From: Lama guanicoe
Taxonomy: Eukaryota
DNA length: 64,000 nucleotides
Assembly (NCBI GenBank): GCA_013239625.1
Contig: MU053994.1
Span: forward strand, 2,361,589-2,425,588
Direction of reading: 5' to 3'
The first letter of the stretch is position 1; each line of letters begins with the position of its first letter. Below, piece after piece: positions 23,331-36,543 of this stretch. The notes beneath the pieces were generated by a model. The model saw only the letters and a program-made list of their open reading frames with translations. It was not told the origin of the DNA and ran no database searches. Position numbers and translations under genes: made by a program.

Positions 23331-26050
23331 GACCCAGTCAACCCAGTTCTTCTAGAAGGTCCCCAAAGAACCGATTTTTCAAGAGAAAAAAAAATATCCT
23401 TCTCTCTTCTTGCTGAAGCATTTCACAATGGTTACAATTGTCATCGTCTTTCGAAAGTTTTTAAAAATCCCCTTTAAATGTACTTCTGCCTTTAGGAAAG
23501 CAATACCCAGCTCCTAGTAATAGTGTCTGCCTCCTCTGGGTTCTCTGTGGGTTTCTGGGCTTCTCCAGGTCCATGGCAGTCACAAAGCCTGTAGCAATGG
23601 CTCAGGCAGACCCAGACCTCCGGTGGATGCAGGCCTGTGACAGACACAGGCCCACAGAGGTCACAGAACTTCCCGCAGACACAGGCCTTGGGCGGTCACT
23701 GGGCCCAGCTCCTGGGCAAACACCGACTCCAGGGGTAAAACACTGGGCCCACGGTCCTAGTTTTCTGGTGACTTCAGTGAGGCCAGAGGAGCTGATTCCC
23801 GGCCTCCAGTTAAGCACTTGCCAAGGATTAATGACTGCAGGAGAGCTGATGGCCTGAGGCAGAGCGGAAAGCTATTCCCCTCAGCTCAGCGTTAATTCCA
23901 TCTTTATGAGTCCAGATTCTCCCCAGGTTGTTTTCTGTTTTCCTACAAAACGGAGGGTTGGGAAAGAGGCACGTTTTCCCGCTATGAGACATCATTCGAC
24001 TACAGCAGAGCTCTCCTGCTCAGGGTGAGGGATGGGGTGGTAAAAACTCCTAGGAGGCTGCTAGTCAGCAGCCTTTTTGTGAACAGAGGTCTTCTCTGAG
24101 GCACTCCGGGTGTGCCAGAGAGGACCTCTCTCTCCTCTGGGCTCACCTTTCAGCCCTCCATTTTACACCTGAGCGTGACCATAGGCCAGGCGCCCAGCTC
24201 GGTGCTTGTTTTCCTTAAGTGTCTTGGATTTCCATTGCTTCCAGAAATCCTGCAAAGGCGGTCCCCTCCACCCAGAAACCCAGGCTTGTCCCGGATGACT
24301 TAGAGGCCCCTCCAGGTAAACATGCTTTCCTGGAGGCTGTGGTGTTTTTTTGGTTCTGGCAGGTGGGGTGAAGGAAGGAGAGGCTTTTGGGGGTTTCTTC
24401 CCATCCGAGCTGTCCGTGCTAGAGGATGAGGGGCGTGTGTGCAAGGCACAGAAAGGCGGCCTTCCTGCACGGGCTTCTGGGCCTGCGTCCCTGGCTAGGT
24501 TCGCTGGTCGGCTCTGGGTGGACACACCCTGCCGAGGACAACAAAAGCGAGGCCCCAGTGGACAGGCCACTGTGGACAGAGCACAAGCCTCTGAAATAGC
24601 TCTTCAGGTCCGGTCCAGACCTCCTAAATGTGACTTTGGGGTAGGACAAAGGCCGCTGTGGAGCAGAATTGGGACAAATATGTAACAGTGCAGGGGTCCT
24701 GTAATTCAATTCAATCGCAGGTTTCTAAGAGCAGAAGACGGAGGTTTCTAAGAAAAACCTTCCTGGGGACACTGGGGCAGGGTCCCCCGAGTCACCTCCT
24801 CCCAGGGCAGGGGCCCGGCAGCAAGCAGGCCCCTGTCCAAGGCGGGCTGGGTTGCCGCGGGCCTCCAGGCGTCAGCCCCGTCCTTGGCTGAGTCTGGAAG
24901 AGCCTGATTAACATGAAAACGGAAGACACTTGAGCTGCTGGCTTTCTGGGCGGCTGAGGGGGAAGGTGATCATTCTATCACTGTCTTTCTTGGCTGATTA
25001 GATGATTCAGCATATTCCCGGCTTCTCTCTTGGCTGAGGTGATTTATAGTGAGCTCTGCAGGCCTGGCTAGGGTGAGTGATGGGGGCTAGGGGCCCATCC
25101 TCTGTGTGCGGGCGAGTGTGTGTGCGTGTGCGCACACACTCTACACATCACGTACACAGCACCAGATGAGGGGGTGTGTGTGAGTGATGAAAACATTTGC
25201 AGGCCTCTCACAGCCACTCTGGCTGCTGACAGTTTCTACTGGAGAAATTCTCCTCTCAGGAGAAAATATTTACTTACGAGTATCTCTTCAGGGAAGGAAT
25301 GAGAAGGAGGGCAGGGTTTTAGGGCGTCGTCCACTCAGCTGTTGTGAGTTAAGAGCTTTGGGGAAACAAACGAGGACATGCTTGCTTTGAGGGAGGGGAG
25401 AAGGGCTGAGGCGCTTTGCCTCCAGTGTCTGAACTCGCTTCTCTGACAGCTGCAGTGGCCAATGGGGCAGAGGCTGTGGGCAGACAACACAATGGGAACG
25501 TGTGTGTACATTTGGGATGTGCCCAAGATGCACTTCGGCAGCATCATTCAAGCATTTCTTATAGATATTTGGATGGGCTGCTCTGGGTAATTGCTCTAAT
25601 GTGTAGTTCTGTCCACTCTGGGGTGTAGGCAGATCTTGTATCTACTGAGCCAACGCAGCAAGGGAAGTTATGTTGCGTCCTTAGGGGTAAGGAAGCCACT
25701 GCTTAATCTTTCTGGAGGAGTTAAAGATGGACCACATTGGATTTTTTGGCTGCTGTGAGGAGGACTGGCTGTTTCCATTCATGTGTCTTCCCCCAAGAGT
25801 CTCTATAACTTCCATAATAATCTCATCATAGAATACTGACCATTGCTGGACACTCCCTAAGTCACCCATTGGAAACTTGAGAGCCCTGGCCTGCTATTCC
25901 CTACCATCCTCATCACTGTCACCATCAGTCCTATCAACATCGTCTTCCCCCATGCTTATTAAGTACATAGGGCATGTGAACAGTTTTCCAGATGCTCTCC
26001 AGACTTCATATATTCCCCAAGACAGTCCTTTGGCAATACTCTTAGCATCC

Positions 26051-26616
26051 TGTGATGGGTAAAGGTATGCATCAGCTGGACTGGGCCACAGGAAGTCTGA
26101 CATTTGGTCAAACATTATTCTGGGTGTGTCTGCCAGGGCGTTTCTGGATGAGGTTAACATGTGAGTCTGTAGACTGAGGAAAGCAGATTGCCCTCCCCAA
26201 GGTGAGTGGGCCTCATCCAATCAGTTGAAGGTCTGACAAAAATGAAAAGGCTGAGTAAGAGGGAAAACCTCCTGCCTGGCTGATGAACTGGGACGGTGGG
26301 CTTCTCTTGCCCTTAGAGTGGAACTTATACCCTCAGCTCTTCTGGTTCTCAGGCCTTTAGACTCAGACTACAACTACACCACTGGCTCTTCTGGGGCTCC
26401 AGCTGCCAAATGCACATCCTGGGATTTCCCAGCCTCCACAGAAGTAAGAAACAATTCCTCTCTCTCTCTCTCCACCCCTCCACCCCCGTCTAGATATAGA
26501 GAGGTGGGGGGGGGAGAGAGAGTCCATATATATATATATATATATGTGATATGTACAGATAGATAAATAAATATATCCTATTGGTTCTACTTCTCTGGAG
26601 AACTCTGACTAATTCA
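26051..26616 (+). mobile_element. MLT2 (ERVL) LTR inserted in a MIR
   Basis: tgtgatgg...tttggtcaaacattattctgg...gtgggcctcatccaatcagttgaagg...cctattggttctacttctctggagaac; TSD catcc/tatcc. Confidence 0.85.
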
Positions 26617-27779
26617 TATCCCCATTTAACACATAAGAAAACTGAGGCATGGAGAGGCCAGTTCATTGCACAAGGTCGTACTTAGGAAGTGAAGATTTGC
26701 ACCCAGAAAGTGTGACTCCTGCATAACCCATTTGTTCCCTCTGGCTCCTCAGCTTCTGCACATGCAATTAATTCCTCATTGTGAGAGAACAAGCTGCCAA
26801 GCTTGGGTCCTGGGCCTGGTCGCTGACTGGCGCCACCTCCCCCCATCCAGACCCCGCCCCCCACCAGGGCCCCAGAACAGAAGATTAGTGAGAATTCCCT
26901 AGGGCTGGCTTGCCACCTCCTGGGTTCTCAAATCGCAATCCAAGAAGCCAGGGGATGCAGTAAAGCGGGAAGTGAGAGGGGGACTCTGCGTCCAGCTGGC
27001 TGTTGAAGTGCCGTGTGGCCTTCCCTCTGCACCTCTGTTTTGTCACCTGTGAGAGAGGAGGTGTTGCCTCCCCGATCTCAGTGGCTCCTGATTCCTGAGA
27101 TTCCATGGGGCTATGACCTTCCAGATGGATGGTTAAGCAGCCCGAAGTAACAAAACTCTACCATTTCTCAGCCCAAGTGCTTCCCATTAAACTGCAGAGC
27201 CAGGAAGGTGGGGGGTGAGAGGTCAGGATTTGCAGCCATGCTCTGCCCTTCACCGGGAGACTTTGGGCAAGTTCCTTCATCTTTCCCCGCCTGTTTCTGT
27301 AAAATGAGGCTGATGGTCCCAAGTCCGGGGATTGCTGCCATGGTTACCGGAGGTAAGGCAGACACCGTGCTCATAAGTGGCTCTGGTGTGTCCTTCCTTT
27401 TCTGACTCGATTTACGTCAATGTGGCTCATTTTCCCAGCCCAAGGTCTGCACACGTCATCCCTTTCTCTTCTCTTCCTTTCCTGGAGTCTGAGAAAGCCT
27501 TGGGAACACTATGCGATCCAGCTACTCCCTTAAAGAATCAAGCTTGCTTTCTCTCTTCATTTTCTCCCCCTCTTCCTTGTTTCCTGGCTCTTTTCCCTGA
27601 TTCCTGTCTTTTTCTCAACCAGCAGTTGCTTAGAAGCTCTCGCTACATACATTTGTGCTGTTTCCCTCAAGGTCACATTCCCACCAGCTTTCTGCACGTG
27701 AAGCCAACAGCCTCCCTTCTCAGCCTGGTATCACGTGGCTGCTTAAAGCAGGGAGGAGGGCAGAGGCCACCTCTCCAAG

Positions 27780-27975
27780 GCCATGCGTGCATGCAGACGT
27801 GGACACCCACGGATGCGTATGTGTGCATGTCAGTGCAGAAACCCACGTGTGTGTGTTTGTGTGCATACATGTGGAGGTACACGTGTGTGTACATGTAGAC
27901 ACCCGCATGTATATTTGTGCACGCACGGACACCCACGCCTGTGTGTGAGTACGTGCGGACATTATGCACACGTAG
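27780..27975. repeat. Degenerate (TG/CA)n alternating purine-pyrimidine tract
   Basis: gtgtgtgtgtttgtgtgcatacatgtgg...gtacacgtgtgtgtacatgtagacacccgcatgtatatttgtgcacgcacg. Confidence 0.8.
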
Positions 27976-28239
27976 CTATCCATGACAACACCCAAGGAGG
28001 CACCAACACCCAAATATCTAGCAGATGCACAAATGGGTCTGACAAGCTTCTCTTCTTACCCTGCCCCCAAAGTATAAAATTGCCAGTGAAAATCAAGTTG
28101 TCTGTACTGGGCGTGAAGGAAGTAAGACTTGCCTGGGTAAAATGAAGTATCCGTGCCCGACAGTGCTCTCTTCATCTCAAAACCAAACATTTTGAAATGT
28201 TGCCTTCTCCCGGAGGAGGGGAAGAAAATTCTTAAATCA

Positions 28240-29850
28240 ATCAAAGAAACTAAACAAGGAGGGTAAGACATACTGGCCTCAGGGATTAAAAGACTCAACA
28301 ATAGCAAGGATGCCAATTTCCTCCCAAATCAACCTATATATTTAATACAATTCCAATCAACAGCCCAGCAGGATTTCTTGTAGGTATAGACAAGCTGATT
28401 CTAAAATGTGTATGGAGAGGCAAATGAACTAGATTAGCCAAAAAAATTTTGGGAAAAAAAATAAATTTGGAAAAATCACGCTACCTGATTTTAAGCCTTA
28501 CTATAAAGCTATCGTAAGACAGTGTGGTATTGGCAGAGGGATAGACACAGATCAATGGAAGAGACTAGAGTCCAGACATAGACCCACCAAAATATGGCCA
28601 ATTGATTTTTGACAAAGGTACAAAGCAATTTAATGGAGAGAGGCTAGTCTTTTCAACAAATGATGTAGGAGCAATTGGATAGCCATAAGCACAAAAAGTG
28701 ATCCTCAACCTAAACCTTACACCTTATACAAAAATTAACTCAAAGGGGATCCCAGGTCTAAATGTAAAGTGTAAAACTTAGAAAACTCTAGGTGAAAACA
28801 TGGGAGAAAATCTTTGTGATCGAGGGTTAGGAAGAGTTCTTAGACATAGGACTGAGAGTGTAATCTATAAAAGAAAAATTGATGAATTGGACTTCATCAA
28901 AATTGAACACTTTTTGTTCTGTGAAAGATACTGTTAAGAGGATGAAAAAGCAACCTACAGGCCAGAAAAGATATTTGCAAATCACATATCCAGCAAAAAG
29001 ACTTGGGTACCATATGCATAAAGAATTTTCAAAGCTCATCGGTAAGACTAATAGCTTAATTAAAAATGGTCAAAAGACTTGAACACTTCACCAGAGGAGA
29101 ACGGATGGCAAATACACAGAAAACGATGTTCAACATCATTAGCCGTTAGGGGAATGATGAGATACACACTACCTACCTATCAGAATGGCTAAAATAAAAA
29201 ACACTGACCACAGCAAGTGCTGATGAGGATGGGGAGCAACTGGAACTCTTATACGTTGCTGGTGGGAATGTTAAATAGTACAGCCACCTTGGTAAACGGT
29301 TTGGCAATTTTTTTATAAAGTTAGACACAGAGTTTCCATATGACCCAGCAATCTCACACCTCAGTTGTATACCCAAGAGAAGTAAAAATGTATGTTCAGA
29401 CAAACATCTGCCCAGAAATATCCACAGTAGTTCTAGTCAAAATTACCCAAAACCAATGACAATCCAGATATCATTCAACAAGTGAATGGTTAAACAAATG
29501 GTCATATATCCACACAGTGGGAAACTATTCAGCCACAAAAAGAAACGGTCTATTGACATACTCAACTCTGTTGAGTCTCAAAGACATTCTCTTGGGATCA
29601 AAGAAGCCAGTCTTCAACCGTTTACATGCTGCGTGATTTCATCTGCATAAAGTTCTGGAAAAGATGACACTATAGAGATGGGAAATGGATCAGTGGTTGC
29701 AAGACATTAAGGGTGGGGAAGAGCTTGACTACAAAGGGGTAGCACAAAGGAGTTGTTTGGGGGTGATGGAAATGTTCTGTACCCTCATCATGGTAGTGGT
29801 TACAAGAATCTATACATGTGTTAATATTCACACAACTGTGTGCGCACACA
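28240..29850 (+). mobile_element. Old L1 (L1MB/MC-type) ORF2 3' part and 3'UTR
   Basis: ORF 28879..29082 (NWTSSKLNTFCSVKDTVKRMKKQPT); gacagtgtggtattggcag, ttttcaacaaatg, ccatatgacccagcaat, gtgatggaaatgttctgta. Confidence 0.9.
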
Positions 29851-29936
29851 CACACAGGTTGGGGGGTGTCCCTTAATGAATTACATACCCAGTTCCGTTC
29901 ATCTATTTGGAGGAGTCATGACTGCTTTCCTGTTTT

Positions 29937-30170
29937 TTTGTTGTTGTTGAAGTATAGTCAGTTTATAATATTGTGTCAATTTCTGATGTGCAGCATAATG
30001 TTTCGGTCATATATACATACATACATATATTCGTTTTCATATTCTTTTTCATTATAGGTTACTACAAGATAGTGACTATAGTTCCCTGTGCTGTACAGAA
30101 GAAACTTGTTTATTGCATATGTATTAAGTATCTGCAAATCTCGAACTCTTGATTTATTCCTTCCTACCCC
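29937..30170 (-). mobile_element. Short camelid-type L1 3' end
   Basis: ttgaagtatagtcagtttataatattgtgtcaatttctg; imperfect TSD ctgctttcctgtttt (29922-29936) / ctgctttcttctttt (30171-30185). Confidence 0.85.
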
Positions 30171-31488
30171 CTGCTTTCTTCTTTTAAGAAGGGAGATTGG
30201 ATACCTTCACTGGTGTTGGACAGACACACTCATCACCTGTAGAAGTTGGATGTTAAATATTTGGCACAGAACTCCCCACCTAGATCCCTTTTTGCCACCA
30301 CTTTACCCAACCCTAACCTTTCTCTTCAATCCCAAAGTGCCCATACCTATGGGAACCATATCTTTTAATCCTAAGTGGGCCATGTGGTCTCTGTAAGAAC
30401 CAATATACTTGAGGACACATCAGAACAGAATGTTTGAGATTGAGACTGACCACAGGACACCCAGGGCCCATGATGGTCCTGCTCTGATAGTGTCTCTGGC
30501 TGGCGGGTGACTCCATGTAGATGTTGGGTCTGTCCCATTTAGAACCTTCTTTCTTGTCCCCCCCCCACCGCCTCTCCCAGTAAAGGGGATAGCCACGGTG
30601 GAAACGTGACTCCTGATAAACAGATAAGCAGATTAGGACTGGCAGAAATTAGGCTCCTCAAAGCAATCAGGCGGAAGATAAAACAGAAATTTAATAAAAA
30701 TTGAAAATATAATCCATATTACATAGCCATTAAAAATGATGTTTACCAGGAGTTTGTAATAACATGAAAAATGCTTGTATCACTACGTCGAGCAAGAAAA
30801 GAGCAAATTACCAAATTGTGCGTACAGTTGATCACAATTATGTTTTAAAAGACATATAAGTAAAAAGACTGGAGCTAAACACGCCATGACGCTGGCAATG
30901 ACTGACGTGCAGTGGGAAAACGTGCCTTCCCCCACCATTCTCTAGTTTAATCTATAGATTCCACATATCTTCTAGAATGACTGCCTATATCTAATTCAAA
31001 TTAATCTTTATATGTAGAAAATAGAATGTTGGAACTTTATATTAAAAATAACGCTTTGGAGCACTGGTGCTATATATGTAAATGATCAAATATTCATTCA
31101 GCACCTCTCATGTCCTGAATCCTTTGCACAATCACTGCCAACCTCCCAAAACCCTCCTTGGAAAGCCTCCCCAACATACACAGTGTCATCCCCTGCACAC
31201 TGCATTTGTGACCAATTGCCTCATCAAATAACTAAGGCCAGCTCAAGGATCTGGCACAGATGTCATTGACAAGCCAGCTTCCTTTTGACAATTTCTCCGA
31301 GACAGACACCCTGTAATAAACCCACGCCAAAAAGGTCCCCAGTTAACACTCGGGTCTCTGCCATGAAGTGGCAGGCTCCCTGCGACACTGGCTCGGTCTC
31401 CATCCGTTCCTCCAGCCCAGCCCCCAGAGCTCATCAAACATGTCCCTCTTTGTGTCTGGTGGCCCCCTCTCTCACCGCCAGCTTCCCC

Positions 31489-31515
31489 TGATTGACAGAG
31501 CCCACCTGTCAATCA
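31489..31515. promoter_or_regulatory. Inverted pair of PBX-MEIS/PREP decamer sites
   Basis: TGATTGACAG (31489-31498), 7-bp spacer, CTGTCAATCA (31506-31515). Confidence 0.55.
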
Positions 31516-32779
31516 CAGGCCCAGCTCAACAGCCTTTCAGGAGTTAATACAGGGCCCCTCGGCTGGCCTGCCGGAGCTAATGCCTGCCTTCCCTGACATG
31601 GGCATTCTTCACCCCGGGGCTAGGACCTCTCCCAGCCTCCCCGCCATGCCCCCAGAGTGTCCTGCAGGCCTCTCACAATGCCTGGCCGCCTTCATTAGCC
31701 CCTTGGGCCTTCGGGGCCCCTTCTCAGTGCAAGGCGCCATTCACACCGATCCCCGCCCTCCAAATTCAGTGTTAGGCCACCTGACCCCTGTCGGCAACAA
31801 TTTCTGTGACACGACTCAGTGTGGGAAAGGCCAGTGACACTTTCTAGACAGATCAGGCCCCCGCACGGCCTCCTTTTACCCTGCCCGTCTTCTGCGGCCG
31901 GCCGTGCCCTCCTGCGGCGGCCAGGCTGGCAGGTGGGGAGGCTGTCGAGGCCGGGAGCCCGCAGGCCTGGAGTGCTTTCCCTCCGGAGATCTGGTCTTGA
32001 GTTTGGGGCCCCTGGAGAGAATTCCAGAAAGGGCTTTATCATTCCTGGTTAACCACAAAAAAAACAAACAAAAAAAAAGGGCAATTTGAAACAGGAGAAG
32101 CAGGTCTGAATCTGAGATAGTGGAGGGAAATTCAGCTGAGCCCAAAAAGAGAGGAAATGGGGCCCAGAAACCCTGCTGGGCAACAAGAAAGGGGGGAGGG
32201 GTAGAGCAGACCCCAGAGTGTCAGAGAGAAAGAGAGGGAGGAGGAAGGAGGCGGGAGGAGACCAACTTGGCCGGCAGGCCATGTTCTGAGCCCTGTGTCA
32301 GAACTGGCAAGAGAGACTCCCAACCTCCAGAAGCTCCCGGACTAATTGGGGTGACAACTGCAATGTACTGCAGTGAGTGCTATAAACAGGGCAGATACAG
32401 CCCAGTGCAGATTCTAGAAAATGTACTCGTCCCCCAGCCTCTGCGGGTGTGTACAGTGGGGAGATGTTGGGAAAGGCCCCCCCAGAGAAGGGGGTGACAG
32501 AACCAAGCCTTCACTGATGAGTAGCAGCTGGCCGGGCAAAAAAAAAAAAAGGGAGAGGATATTCCAGGGGGAGGATATTCCAGGCGGAGGGAACAGAAGG
32601 TGTGAAGCCACAGCCCCGGCTCCAAGGTTCTTCCATTTTCTCCAGGAAGTACCTTCAGAGACCTCGCCTGGGAAAGTGGTACCGGTTCTGGTTTCATTTT
32701 CTACCTAAGGTGATTGGTGATGGACCCACGTGCCCTGCAGGATTTCTGAGCCTGGGAGTCTGGGATATTTTGCATCAAC

Positions 32780-33365
32780 ATCCCCTACCCCACTGGATGG
32801 TGTCCTGGTCACTACTGCCAGGTGACAAGCTTAGTGACTTGCAACAACCATTTTATGATGCTTATGGATTCATGGGTCAGGAATTTGGACAGACACAGCT
32901 TGTCTCTGCTTTACTATGACTGGGACCTCAGCTGGGAGATTAGAAGGCTGGGGTGACACAAATGGTCGGGAGCTGGAATCGTCTGGAAGCTCCTTTAGTC
33001 ATGAGGCGAGCACCTGGGCTGAGATAACAAAGGCTGGGCTCACAGGGGGCTGTCAACCAACGCATGATGCCTAAGCCGCCTCCTGTGTGACTCCGGGTCT
33101 CACATCGTTGTGGCTGGATTCTGAGAGGAAGTGTCCTTGAAGGTGACATCCAGAGGGCAAGGATCTCAAGGGGGAGACCCAGGTGGAAGCGTCGTGATCT
33201 CAGCAGACCTAGCCTGGGAGGTCATTCACTCTCACCCCTGCTGTGTTCCGTGGGTTGTAAGCGAGTCACTAGTCCATGTCAGATTCAAGGGGAGAGGACA
33301 TAGATGCCACCTCTGGATGGGAAAAGTGTCAGAGAATTTGCAAACTTGTTTAAAACCGCTCTGAA
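32780..33365 (-). mobile_element. MLT1G/H-like LTR
   Basis: ttagtgacttgcaacaaccatttt...ggtcaggaatttggacag...gagctggaatcgtctggaagc...cagattcaaggggagagg. Confidence 0.7.
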
Positions 33366-33888
33366 GGATACCTCTGAGCTAGTCCTGCCCTCTGTCATAC
33401 ACTGGAGGCTTTTTGTGATGGCAACATTAAAAAAGAAACCCAAGGGTTCCTCATAGCGCCGTTGAGGGGTTTATCAGAGGGAAAGCCCAGATCTAAGAGT
33501 CACGCATTATTTGAATGACAGCCTGAACCACAACAGCCACCAGCAGCAAGTTCATTCCAGAGGGAGCTTAATGCACACATCAGCTCAAATAAACGTCCTT
33601 TCCGTCTGCTGACGGGAACAGCAAATGCAGAGGGTGGCGCACATAGGGAAGGGGGGATGTGCTTAGAAAAAGGGAAAGATGAGAGAAGCATTTTACTAAT
33701 TAGCAAGATGGGAGTGGTGCTCCTCCCTCCTCGTTTCAAGGCCCCCTTCATAAAAGAGCCGGAGGAGGGGTCAGAAAGTGTTCAGGCTTTCAGGCATGGC
33801 TTTAGATGGGTCACTTTGGCTTTTTGGCCTCTGTTCCCTCATCTGGAAGGTGAGAGGGCCAGAGATGAAGGTCTCTAAGGTTACTCTT

Positions 33889-33995
33889 TTTTTTTATATA
33901 TATTAAACAGAGGTGCTGGGGATTGAACCCAGGACCTCATGCAGGACCTCGTGCATGCTAAGCATGTGCTCTACCACTGAGCTCCACCCTCCCCC
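33889..33995 (-). mobile_element. tRNA-Ala-derived SINE (Vic-1-like), short form with internal 12-bp duplication
   Basis: Head as in other copies; caggacctcatg/caggacctcgtg tandem at 33930-33953; TSD aggttactctt / aggttattctt. Confidence 0.88.
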
Positions 33996-34754
33996 TAGGT
34001 TATTCTTGATTTTAACCAAAACGAAGAGCATCCAGTAGGTCAGGGGGAGCGTGGCTAGTACAGAGGGCCATCCTTCAGGGGGCTTCACCAAGCCTGCCGG
34101 CACAGACCTGGATAGAAAATCAGCCAAGCGGAAGCTGGGTCCGGGCCCTCGAAATGCCGCGTGTCTGATGCCCCATTCTAGCCGGAGTGGGCAGAGGCCT
34201 CAGGAATCCAGCACCATGGTTTGGGGGGTATGTTTCTTTTGCGAAGAATCACATTCCGGGACACTGTTAACATTGACATTAAAATGAAGAAAAAAGAATT
34301 CCTCTGTACCTTCCGTGCAGTTTAAGGAGCAAAAACTTGGCGATTATTCTAAGCTGGCAGAAGAGCTGTGTGACAGATGACTTTTAAAAAAATCCTGAAT
34401 GGAGTTCCTTGACATGCCCTAGGTGGAATCCCGGCCAGAGGTTCCTTCCACACCTGGATCAGTTCCCTCCTGCAGCTCCCACACAGGATTCTGCAAAGTC
34501 CATGGGCATCGCAAGCCCAGTACACCACTGGGGCCTTCTGGGGGAGTCACATGCAAAAGGCTGGCCCCATTCTTCTCACCTCAGTCTCTGAGTTCCAGGT
34601 CAGGACCTGGGGGACAGGCAGAATCTTGGCTGATGAAAAAAGTCACATAAAAGAGATAGGAGAGGGGGAGATTTGCTTCCAGCAAAGTGGGGACCAGAAG
34701 CCTGCCCACCTGCCATTTCCTAAGGTCCCCCTGCAGGTGCTCAGCCTTCATCCT

Positions 34755-35282
34755 TGTGGAAGATGATGTTTTCCAAAGACGCCTGCAACGAGAGCTCCCA
34801 TTCATCCCACAAGCTCTTCTACAGTGTAAAGCAGAGGAGGCTCCATGTCCCCGCTCCCTTGAATCTGGTAGCCTGTGACTACAGCTGAAGTGACACAGTC
34901 TGATGTCTGAGGCTAGGTCATTAAAGGCCACCGAGTTTCCTTCTGGTTCTTTCCTGGGACTCTAGCTCTTAGAACACAGTGACCATGCTGTGGGGATGCC
35001 CAAGACACATGGACAGGCCCCTGTGTAGGTGTTCCAGCTACAGCCCCTGCTGAGGTCCCAGCCAAAAGCCCCCGGATGGGTGATTCCAGCCCTCAGCCTT
35101 TGAGATACCTTCAGCCTTCAAGTCTTTCCAGTTGAGGCCCCAGACATTATGGAACAGACAGATGCTGTCCCTGTTATACCCTTTCCAAATTTCTGACCCA
35201 CAGAATTTGTGAGCAAAATAATATGCTGTTTTAAACCAGTAAGTTTAGGGCTGTTTGTTACATAGCAGTAGTAACTGATACA
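34755..35282 (+). mobile_element. MLT1G/H-like LTR
   Basis: tgtggaagatgatgttttccaaag...aatttctgacccacag...gttttaaaccagtaagtttagggctgtttgttacatagcagtagtaactgataca. Confidence 0.8.
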
Positions 35283-35301
35283 CCTCTGAACTGGCTGTAA
35301 A

Positions 35302-35510
35302 CCAGTATTTCTCAAACTGTAGTCCTTGGACTGCCTACAACAGAATGGAGGGTGGGGGTGGCAGAGAGATAGCTACAAATGCAGGTCTTGGCCTCCCAGA
35401 CTCAAGAAATTGGAATTTTTGAGGGATGGTATCTGAAAATGGATGTTTAAAACAAACACCTCCACAAGATTATTCTTAGGCATATTGATGTGGACAAGAC
35501 CATGGGTGCT
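35302..35510. mobile_element. MER5-like hAT-Charlie fossil
   Basis: cagtatttctcaaactgtagtccttgga...aaacaaacacctcc...; degenerate. Confidence 0.5.
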
Positions 35511-36417
35511 GGGTTAGGGAAACCACCTTGGTAATGATTAAGTTGGTTGTTTTGACTGAAAGTTACAAAACAACTCTAGGTAACGTAAACTCCAAATGAG
35601 ATTTTTTGAACAGATGGAGACACACCTCCTACTTCTCTGTGTGTCCCCTTCATGTTTCCCTAGTCTACTGCCTGGAATGTAGACATGAATGCTGGAACTA
35701 GAGCAGCCATCTTAGACCAAGAGGTGACCTTGGGAATATGGAGACCAGGCACAGTTGAGTGACAAGATAGTAGGAACCCGGATCTCTGAGGACTAGGTGG
35801 AACAGGACTACCATCCCAGTCCTGGGCTTCATTCTTCTGGACTTTTGTACATGAAAGAAAGAAACTATCTTGTTTCAGCCACTGTGGCTTGTTACTTCCA
35901 ATTGAAAGTCACCTTAATTGGTACAAATAGCAAATGCCATGAGAGAAACCCCTAGATTATTTGGTGCCTAGGAACAAGGGGTGGTTGGGGACTGCCAGTG
36001 TCCCCCTAGGATGCAGGTCTAGAACAAGCTGAGGTCAGATAACCCTCCTTGGCCTAGAGACATACAAGGAGAAGCCGGCTGGGCTTCAGGCTCTTTCTAC
36101 AACCCACAGGGTTGTTGAAGATGTTGGTGGCAGACCAGCTGCTGGTTCCAGGCTCCCACGAGGAGCTAGGTATCATCTATCAAAGCCAACTGGATTCTAG
36201 GTGCCCAGGGGAGACTGAGGTGTCCTGGTGGCAGGTGCTGAAGGTCTGGCTTCAAATTTGCATTTGTGCTGAAGACCTCATTAAGGCTTAACTTTTTCCC
36301 TAATTAGTCTAATATTTGTTTATAATAATAGATGTCATTTAATGAGCACTCCCTATATGCTAGGCAAAGTGGTAAGTGCTTAGCATACATGATTTCATTT
36401 ACTCTCACAACAACTCT

Positions 36418-36543
36418 ATTTTTTAAAAAAATTTAGTTTAAGGGCAGAGGTAATTAGGTTTTTAATGGAGATGCTGGGGATTGAACCCAGGACCTCGTGC
36501 ATGCTAAGCACGTGCTCTACCCCTGAGCTCTATCCTCCCCGCC
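36418..36543 (-). mobile_element. tRNA-Ala-derived SINE (Vic-1-like) inserted in a MIR (~36325-36690)
   Basis: ggagatgctggggattgaacccaggacctcgtgcatgctaagcacgtgctctacccctgagct; TSD tctcacaacaactct at 36403-36417 and 36545-36559. Confidence 0.9.

Noticed and set aside
25100..25160. gtgtgcgcacac palindrome (similar at ~29838)
   Set aside because: Trivial product of abutting (TG)n and (CA)n microsatellite remnants.
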